Shown in pieces: positions 57,331-64,000 of a stretch of 64,000 nt of DNA. The stretch spans positions 1,888,001 to 1,952,000 of the forward strand of contig OY762209.1 in the NCBI GenBank assembly GCA_963665295.1. Direction: 5' to 3'. Numbering within the stretch: position 1 is the first letter of the stretch; each line of letters begins with the position of its first letter. The notes under the pieces were generated by a model. That model was not told the origin of the DNA. It worked only from the letters and a program-made list of their open reading frames with translations, and searched no databases. The DNA comes from Syntrophorhabdaceae bacterium (GTDB lineage: Bacteria > Desulfobacterota > Syntrophorhabdia > Syntrophorhabdales > Syntrophorhabdaceae). The position numbers were made by a program, and so were the translations under genes.

Positions 57331-58068
57331 CAAAGATTCCTTATTTGTTATTGCTGTCAGGCATTCCGTATAATAGTCTTTGAGCATTAAGTCTTGATAT
57401 TGGATTATTTCCATCCGCCATTCGCCTTTCTTTCTAATCTCTATGTATTTGTCCCAAAAAAAATTTGCGGCAATCAACTGGCATGTCAAGAAAAGTTCCA
57501 TAGGCCTATGCTCGAGTCTCGGGAGATTAACCTTCTTTGGATGCCAACATAGTTCATATTCTTCCGGTACTCCTCCGAATTGAAGGTGAAATTTAGGCCC
57601 GCACTTCTGCTCTGAATCTGCTCTGTCCAAATGAAATCGAGAGACCACGCGACCAGATTGATTTCTCTCCGGATCAGAGAGCCTTTCCTGCACGTGAGCT
57701 GAATCCCTATTTTGATCAAATATGGTTTCTTCATGTGTGCTCCAGATGCGCACTTTTATATCCTGCTTGACCGGGGCATTACTGTCTTCCCATCTGATAT
57801 CACAGTATACATCAACCTGAACCTTAATTCCGTTAGGAATTTGGATTGGTTTGAATTTCAGAGGTTGGGCGTGGTCTATGGTGTATCCCCAAGGTTCCGG
57901 GGTAAAGCCACGCGTGCGATTCCTTTGGGCATAGTCATACTCCTTCTTTGTTGTCTCAACTTGGGCTTGAGCCGCAGGGAGTACAATTTGATGACTACTG
58001 TCCAAAATCTCGTTATACACCTTTCCCACGTGCCTTAGTGAGGTCCCAACCCTTCTGGCATCCATCAT
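57307..58068 (-). CDS. hypothetical protein, candidate effector
   Basis: 253 aa; ATGA-coupled to the receiver gene; RFHLD...GPKFHLQFGG...LPRLEHRPME motif. Confidence 0.75.
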   Translation of the reverse strand: MMDARRVGTSLRHVGKVYNEILDSSHQIVLPAAQAQVETTKKEYDYAQRNRTRGFTPEPWGYTIDHAQPLKFKPIQIPNGIKVQVDVYCDIRWEDSNAPVKQDIKVRIWSTHEETIFDQNRDSAHVQERLSDPERNQSGRVVSRFHLDRADSEQKCGPKFHLQFGGVPEEYELCWHPKKVNLPRLEHRPMELFLTCQLIAANFFWDKYIEIRKKGEWRMEIIQYQDLMLKDYYTECLTAITNKESLLDTMWIR

Positions 58069-59135
58069 TTTTGCGACTCCCACAAGTCATTGACTATCCG
58101 GAGCCCGTCAGGGTCAACATGATCTTCATCGAAATTAGGCGATTCTTTGATCGCTTTAAAAGAAACTCGTGCCTGATCCATAATGGCTGGTCTGGCGTCT
58201 GGATAATACGGTATAGAGTTTTGTTGTTTGACGGGCATATTCAGAATATAGCAGACCCAATCCGCAATGGGGCTCCCATCAACAAGGCACATCGCGGGAT
58301 CAAGGGTGTCGGGATATTTCATGTGGTAGGCTTTTGCGAATTGCTCAGAGATACTGCCAGTCAACTTTTCACTGGAGATCAATATCTGTGCGATACTGAA
58401 AAGCCTACCACGCCACCATCGTTCACGATAATCGCCGAAAATACCCTTGTATCTTGATGCCTCCACAATCTCTTGAACTCTCTCTGAGCGAAACGATTCA
58501 AGACTGATTCCCAATCGAGTTGCTGCAGTCAAATCGTCGTAAAGTATACCTGGATATCTAAGAACCACATTGCGTAGCCAGTTAGCGGTCTGAGGAACAT
58601 TCCAGACACCCTTTACAACAGGCAATCCTGTTTCCTTCAGCAGATCTACCTCATCTTCCTCGGCCTGGATGAGTTTCAAAACGGCCTTCCAATCCTGGCC
58701 TTGTATCGCGTCAAGGCCCTTAAATCCAGTAATTAGGTCCACGATTTGATTTCTGACTTTGTCAGCGTCCTGATAAATGTCATCCTTATACACAATCAGG
58801 TCCACATCGGTGCTATTCATCAACCGCTGTACGTTCCCAGTAATAACCTCTGGCTTCGTCACCATCACTATGGGGCAGGCGGGATTTCTCATTCGGACTT
58901 CGGCGGCCAAAGTGCTGCCGAAATAGTCGATGGGCTTACCGTCTATGGATGCAGTTGACAAGTCGTGATCTATCAATAGCATATCCGCGCTGTTGGTTAG
59001 ATTCGCAAAGTTTTCTGGAGGTTCAATTAACTCGACCTCGAGGCCACCGGACTCGTTCAATAGCTCCTGCACCTTATGGGCGAAGCGACCCCGTTCAAAG
59101 ACTTCGTCGTCGATATAAATCACCTTATATGCCAT
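58065..59135 (-). CDS. receiver-domain protein with uncharacterised C-terminal region
   Basis: KVIYIDDE, LLIDHDL, PIVMVT, VYKDD; overlaps the kinase stop. Confidence 0.8.
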   Translation of the reverse strand: MAYKVIYIDDEVFERGRFAHKVQELLNESGGLEVELIEPPENFANLTNSADMLLIDHDLSTASIDGKPIDYFGSTLAAEVRMRNPACPIVMVTKPEVITGNVQRLMNSTDVDLIVYKDDIYQDADKVRNQIVDLITGFKGLDAIQGQDWKAVLKLIQAEEDEVDLLKETGLPVVKGVWNVPQTANWLRNVVLRYPGILYDDLTAATRLGISLESFRSERVQEIVEASRYKGIFGDYRERWWRGRLFSIAQILISSEKLTGSISEQFAKAYHMKYPDTLDPAMCLVDGSPIADWVCYILNMPVKQQNSIPYYPDARPAIMDQARVSFKAIKESPNFDEDHVDPDGLRIVNDLWESQK

Positions 59136-61356
59136 CAAGAGTTCTCCTTTCAGGTAAAACAATCTCTATGCATGTCTTCCACGGCAAGTCGATGTCAATG
59201 AATCTTGCCTTTCCGGCATAGAGTTCCAGTATGTCCCGCACGACAGTAAGTCCGAGGCCCGTGCCGATGCCCAGCACTGGATTCGGGAGGCTCGTGGTCA
59301 CAAATGGTTTAAATGACGATTCTCGGTGAACTGGGTCAAGACCTACCCCTGTATCCTTCATTCGTATGCTGAGAATGCCATCCTTTCTATCCGCCTCTAC
59401 TGCAATGGACCGCTCGGTCCGCCCATGAACCGCCTTGAGTGCATTCGACAGGATATTGATCAGTACTGCGTAAAGCTCTGACAAGTATATGGGAGGCGTA
59501 TGTAAGCTAGGTGGGACATTATTCTCGAAATCCACGTGGTTCTTCACCATATAGTACGACATGGCCTTCTTCACGTTTTCAACGACGGCACGCAACACCT
59601 GTCGTTTGCGGCTCTTGCGACTTTCAGGAGAAAGTAAGAATCCCAACTGTGAAACCTGCAACTTAACCATTTGATGCCAGTCTGAAACTCGTTCAATGAT
59701 GTCATCATATCTCTCGTGGACAGCCTCCGGTATTTCGGACCGCAGGTGAACTAGCTCGCCTTGCGTCTCTAAGACCGCCCCGAGCAAAGCCTGCAACTGA
59801 TGATTCATAATGATTATGGTTGTCCCAGCCGACGCGAGGATTCGCAACATGGATATCTCGCTAATATGTTCTTCCTCCTGCATGCGTGCTTGTTGAGCGG
59901 CTTTCTCCATGATTTCGATGATGGCCTTACGACTCAACTCATTGACGTTAGGCAATTCTTGAAGTGCCGCTTGCGCATATCCAATAATCTCAGCAACAGT
60001 TTGTGGTTTCCGTAGCTTGGCACTTTCCTTTTGCGAGGCCACAAACGCGGCATATTTCAGAGTCATCCAGTACATACCATTTTGAACAAAACGGCGAAGA
60101 AGAGTCACTGTGGGGGTCTCAATGAGTCGTTCTCGGCTGATGTTTGTGCCGACAGCCGTATGTTTCAACTGGGACAGTGCAACCGCCCCGAATACCTGTT
60201 GATTCTTCGGTATAAATAGAAAGGGACGACCCGATAGCCTTTTGGCGAACTCCCTTAAAGGCTTGGCCGGAGAAATATCTTTTGCGATATCAATGTTTTT
60301 TGCGGCATACCAGTCGAGTCGTAGCCAGTCGTCGCCTTCATCCCCATAAGGAAAAACTCGGAAACCGTCAAGATAGATTCTTACTCCGCCAGATGAGCGC
60401 CCTTTTCTCTGAGCTTCTCGTACTGTAAAAACGGAATCTTTAAAATAGTCTGAGGAGTAGACCATGAAGTAGACTCTAAAGCTTGCACCTTCGAGACCTT
60501 TATATCTATTTTCGTGATCTACGAAAGTCTCACTTTCATCAGTCCTCAAAAGGGTGATGTCATAGCGTGCCTCCCCAGTCGCATCAATCGTTCCATCTAG
60601 TTTAGCCCATGCTGCATTGAAAAACCTCTCTTCCAGTCCGCTCGAAAACTCATCTATCTCGTGCGAGCCCTCCACGACTAGCTTGAAAGCGAATCCTGGA
60701 TCCGCGACGGCTCCTTCATCTCCTTGACTCGTAGGCTTAGTTATTAAATCGGGAAATGGGGTCTGTAAGCCTAACAGGTCACGTTGAAGATCATTTATTT
60801 CCCCAATGGTCCAGGCGTCGCGCGCCTTTTCGATAAATAATAAAACACCTGTCTGCCTTTGCTCCGGCACATCCTGCCTGGAATAGGACACCGGCGTGTC
60901 CGACAAATCCTGACCCGGAAGAAACTGCTTCTCCCAATCAAACTCCACTGTAACCTTTTCTTTTTGGCCGTCGGCTGTCCTCGCCACCGATTCCATTGTA
61001 AGCCTACCGCCTAATCGTCTTGCGGCGAATCTCCCTATCCCCTTTGCGCCAGTTAACGATCTACGACAGTGCCTTGATACAGGATTCCTTGTCTTTGCGT
61101 CAGTAGCTATACGCATCCAATTGTCCTGTATTTCCTGAAACGTCATGCCATGGCCGTCATCTTCCACAATAATAGTCCCACCGAGTCGGCCTATATTATT
61201 AAGAGTGACGCGAACTGTTGTTGCATCTGCGTCGTATGCGTTTTTCACAAGTTCGGCCAAGGCGATAGAAGGCTTTGTGACTAACTGTTCGCCAAGTTGA
61301 AAAAGTAGACTACTATCGATTGAAAATCTGAAGCTGCCCTTACTCGCGTTTTCCAT
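59125..61356 (-). CDS. GHKL (MORC/HSP90-like) ATPase fused to a histidine kinase
   Basis: N-terminal ELVKNAYDADA, EDDGHGM, GAKGIGRFA; middle GVRIYLDGFRVFPYG..DDWL; C-terminal ASAG...NHQL H-box, NILSNA, DTGVG, FVTT, GTGLGL. Confidence 0.88.
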   Translation of the reverse strand: MENASKGSFRFSIDSSLLFQLGEQLVTKPSIALAELVKNAYDADATTVRVTLNNIGRLGGTIIVEDDGHGMTFQEIQDNWMRIATDAKTRNPVSRHCRRSLTGAKGIGRFAARRLGGRLTMESVARTADGQKEKVTVEFDWEKQFLPGQDLSDTPVSYSRQDVPEQRQTGVLLFIEKARDAWTIGEINDLQRDLLGLQTPFPDLITKPTSQGDEGAVADPGFAFKLVVEGSHEIDEFSSGLEERFFNAAWAKLDGTIDATGEARYDITLLRTDESETFVDHENRYKGLEGASFRVYFMVYSSDYFKDSVFTVREAQRKGRSSGGVRIYLDGFRVFPYGDEGDDWLRLDWYAAKNIDIAKDISPAKPLREFAKRLSGRPFLFIPKNQQVFGAVALSQLKHTAVGTNISRERLIETPTVTLLRRFVQNGMYWMTLKYAAFVASQKESAKLRKPQTVAEIIGYAQAALQELPNVNELSRKAIIEIMEKAAQQARMQEEEHISEISMLRILASAGTTIIIMNHQLQALLGAVLETQGELVHLRSEIPEAVHERYDDIIERVSDWHQMVKLQVSQLGFLLSPESRKSRKRQVLRAVVENVKKAMSYYMVKNHVDFENNVPPSLHTPPIYLSELYAVLINILSNALKAVHGRTERSIAVEADRKDGILSIRMKDTGVGLDPVHRESSFKPFVTTSLPNPVLGIGTGLGLTVVRDILELYAGKARFIDIDLPWKTCIEIVLPERRTLDGI

Positions 61357-61505
61357 GATATATCAGCCGCCGTTCACCGTGTCTAGGCCTCCAATGAGAC
61401 GCATTTAACCAGCGTTTCGCTATCTTTGTTTGATTATCGTGTAATTCAAACTGATTTGCAAGCAGAAATCTTAATTCTCCCGGGCGAAGCCGGAGAATGA
61501 GACGT

Positions 61506-61678
61506 TAGTGCGCTATCTCAAAGAAGTTTTGCCATGTTGTATCCTCCATGGCTTGATCATAAAGCAAGTGTTTGCAGCCCTCAGTCCCGATTTGGCGGGA
61601 GAGGTGGCCGATAGCTTAATTGTAAAGCCTTTACTGAGATATCACTTTTGTGGCGCAGGCCCCTGAGGTACTACACTA
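61506..61678. mobile_element. IS630-like relic / MITE
   Basis: Left TAGTGCGCTATCTCA and right TGAGGTACTACACTA(G) resemble the IS630 ends at 610/1748. Internal TGTAAAGCCTTTACTGAGA (61621-61639) resembles TGTAAAGGCGTTACTGAGA (1720-1738). Confidence 0.4.
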
Positions 61679-61905
61679 GCGAGCCTCAACCACCCCTTCC
61701 ACTTTGTTTGATGCACTGCGATTTCAGTTCGTAATAATATCGGTGTGATGTCGCAAAGGGTGATAGTCATGCAGGACGGGACTGGCGTTTGTCCTCGAAT
61801 TGAGTTGTCCTGAGGAAAAAGCCACATAACGACTTCGAAAAAGTCAAACTATCCCAGCTTGTCATGAACCCATTATCTCGCAAACCCTTCGCGAATGATT
61901 ACCGC

Positions 61906-62481
61906 CTACCTTCTCCCTTCAAGCTCTTCCCAGAATTTTGATTCTGTTTCTATCAGCCTTTCTATGTAGCCGTCGTCGCGGTCTATGGGGAGGTGGATTT
62001 CGGGGCGGCCGGGGAGGTAGCACCAGAAATCTATTCGGGAGAGGCCTGTGACGGCGAGGATGTGCTGGAGTTGCCCTATGTAGTATCCGGGGGGGCGGCC
62101 CTTGTTTGTGGCGTGCTTGTACGCGCTCGTACCGCACTTTATTTCGATTACCGTGTTGCCGTCGTGGGCGAGGCCGTCGAGGCTCGCTCTCATCCAGTCA
62201 ATCTCTTTGCTTTCGAGGCATACGGGCCGGACCTTGATCCCGGTGAACCGCTCGTAACGGCTCCTTGCCTCGGGCTCCAGTTGAGTGCCGCGGCGCATGG
62301 CCTCATTCATCCTGACTTTTGACTCGTTGAGTTTCTCTTTGAGGAGCCACTCACGGCTCTTCCAGGGGTTTTCGTCCATGATGGCAGGGGCGTCCGAGGC
62401 GCCGATGCCCCGGCTTCTCCAGGCATGCCATTCCGGGCTCCCCTGGTCGAGGTCAACGATCTTATATGGGTATTCTACCAT
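61906..62481 (-). CDS. YqaJ / lambda-exonuclease family nuclease
   Basis: QGSPEWHAWRSRGIGASDA, GTQLEPEAR, ASLDG, IEIKC, YIGQLQH. Confidence 0.92.
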   Translation of the reverse strand: MVEYPYKIVDLDQGSPEWHAWRSRGIGASDAPAIMDENPWKSREWLLKEKLNESKVRMNEAMRRGTQLEPEARSRYERFTGIKVRPVCLESKEIDWMRASLDGLAHDGNTVIEIKCGTSAYKHATNKGRPPGYYIGQLQHILAVTGLSRIDFWCYLPGRPEIHLPIDRDDGYIERLIETESKFWEELEGRR

Positions 62482-62657
62482 TGCGATTTTAGTTCAGGTC
62501 TGCATCCGATAATATCAGGGACGGCATCCACCTCAATACTATGCTTACCGAAGATTTTTGTCAATTAAAACATGAAGATGATAGGCCGGTGAAACCGGCG
62601 GCGCGGGATGGACGGTGAGAGCCCGGCACGGGTCGGCACGGACGGACCGGCGTGGTC

Positions 62658-62939
62658 CTATCCGAACCGGTGGCTTACCCCGTAGCCGCCGGTGGGGAAG
62701 CGCCACTCAATGTTGAGGTGGGGGCAGCCTATGCGGCAGGAGCCGCACTCCAGACAGCCTTCGTAGGCCACCACTATCCTGTCTTTTTCCAGGCGATACA
62801 CGTTGGCGGGGCAGAAGTAGAGGCAGGGCTGGTCTTCGCACCTGGTGAGACAGGTCTCACGGTCGATGATCTTTATATGGGGCGTTTCGTCTACCCGGAA
62901 ACGGTCGAGAAACAGCTTGTCTTCCACTTTTACTGTCAT
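62658..62939 (-). CDS. fixX: ferredoxin-like protein FixX
   Basis: CLYFCPANVY, GCLECGSCRIGC, WRFPTGGYGV. Confidence 0.88.
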   Translation of the reverse strand: MTVKVEDKLFLDRFRVDETPHIKIIDRETCLTRCEDQPCLYFCPANVYRLEKDRIVVAYEGCLECGSCRIGCPHLNIEWRFPTGGYGVSHRFG

Positions 62940-64000
62940 TTCACGCTCCTTAGTCCGTCCCACAGCAGTTTCAGTATCTTCAAAGGGGAGATTTGCTTCC
63001 GTATTTTCAGCCATATGGCGTGTTGCTTCTCCTTCTTGGCTACGCCGTCCACAGTGAGCATCTCCCTTGCGGCAAAGGCCCCCAGTTCGGGGAGAGTGGT
63101 GAATATCTCGTGATGGTGAAAACGAAACCCGTTGAACCGTCTATACTTTTTGAGGTCCTTTGTGATATAGGACTCCTGAAGCCTCAACCCGTAACCCTCG
63201 AGGCCCCGGGCACTCAAATCGCCCTTTGCGAAGGCTTCCATAACGGCTTCCGCGGCAAACCGGCCCGAGGTCATGGCCATGTTCGAGCCTTCCCGATGGA
63301 GGGCGTTGAAGAGCATGCCCGAATCACCGGTGATAAGGTATCCGTCTCCCGAAAGCCGGGGGATGGCGTCGTAGCCGCCCTCGGCGATCCAGTGGGCCAT
63401 GTACTCCTTCGGCTTACCTCCCCGGATCAGGGGGGCGACCATGGGATGGTTCTTGAAGGCTTCCACCATTTCGTAAGGTTTTACCTTTCTTTCCGCGAAG
63501 TCGGAGAGGTTCGCCCCGATGCAGAGGGAGAGGGAGTTCTTGTTGGTGTAAATGACCGCGATGCCGTCCATGCCCTCGGTGACGGACCCGATGATCTCGG
63601 TGGTCACGCCCTGGGATGTGTCCACGTTGAACCTCTCATTGATGGTCTCCTCGGAGAGTTCGATCACCTCTTTCACCGCGAGGGCCACGTCCCGGGATTT
63701 CGGCTCGGGCCGGAAGCCCGTCCTGGCGGCGAGGGCGGAGTTGATGCCGTCGGCGAGGATCACGACCTTGGCCTGCACGTCCCCGTCGGGCCTGTCGGTC
63801 CTGACCCCTGTGACGGCGCCGCCCGCCCCATGGCGGAGCAAGTCCGTGACCACTGTGCCGGTGACTACGAGGGCGCCTTTTTCCCTGGCCCTTGCGGCAA
63901 ACCATCGGTCGAATTTTGCCCGTCCCACGGTAAATGCGTTGAGGGAGAGGGCGTCGTAGAAGGCCTTGTCCCTGAAGGCGACGCTGAAACCTCCGCCTTC
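62936..64000 (-). CDS. fixC: FAD-dependent oxidoreductase FixC (5' end outside window)
   Basis: RAKFDRWF, ILADGIN, ALAVKEVI, EYMAHWIAEGG, GDSG, REGSNMAMTSG; adjacent to fixX. Confidence 0.88.
   Translation of the reverse strand, partial: EGGGFSVAFRDKAFYDALSLNAFTVGRAKFDRWFAARAREKGALVVTGTVVTDLLRHGAGGAVTGVRTDRPDGDVQAKVVILADGINSALAARTGFRPEPKSRDVALAVKEVIELSEETINERFNVDTSQGVTTEIIGSVTEGMDGIAVIYTNKNSLSLCIGANLSDFAERKVKPYEMVEAFKNHPMVAPLIRGGKPKEYMAHWIAEGGYDAIPRLSGDGYLITGDSGMLFNALHREGSNMAMTSGRFAAEAVMEAFAKGDLSARGLEGYGLRLQESYITKDLKKYRRFNGFRFHHHEIFTTLPELGAFAAREMLTVDGVAKKEKQHAIWLKIRKQISPLKILKLLWDGLRSVK

Overview
A mostly GC-rich bacterial chromosomal window. The gene content (phenylphosphate carboxylase operon, PAS-LuxR regulator, Sec-rhodanese, FixCX) suggests an anaerobic aromatic-degrading deltaproteobacterium, Syntrophorhabdus-like by inference only. 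From left to right: (1) a small decayed accessory zone downstream of tRNA-Ser(CGA), with an intact IS630 that splits a small ORF and a phosphoribosyltransferase pseudogene; tadA overlaps the tRNA. (2) ldh, a flavin disulfide reductase, and two tandem secreted papain (C1A) proteases, each fused to a chagasin/I42-like inhibitor domain. (3) A 3.8-kb cargo-carrying IS1-family element (11182-14971, perfect IRs, 8-bp TSD with one mismatch). It has a 70-nt tRNA-like cloverleaf between a consensus sigma70 promoter and the transposase, plus RelE-XRE, two unknown genes and KilA-N as cargo. (4) recQ and an RNase H-like unknown. (5) A ~26-kb putative LysR regulon: three LysR paralogues (two encode identical proteins in inverted orientation) and six copies of a 41-bp operator/-35 motif. 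It covers a CoA ligase-SDR-thiolase operon, ribBA, and a ppc operon with duplicated atypical delta subunits, UbiD/UbiX, an archaeal-type riboflavin kinase and an LpdD-like protein; idi lies within the same region. (6) ttuBA, GAF protein-mreB, radC, flavodoxin, an MCP, and a UGA-readthrough rhodanese selenoprotein missed by the ORF track. (7) A lower-GC candidate defence island: N6-MTase convergent with GHKL/MORC-histidine kinase, receiver protein and an unknown effector. (8) An orphan YqaJ nuclease and fixX/fixC (partial). All family assignments come from motif recognition by eye; no database searches were run.
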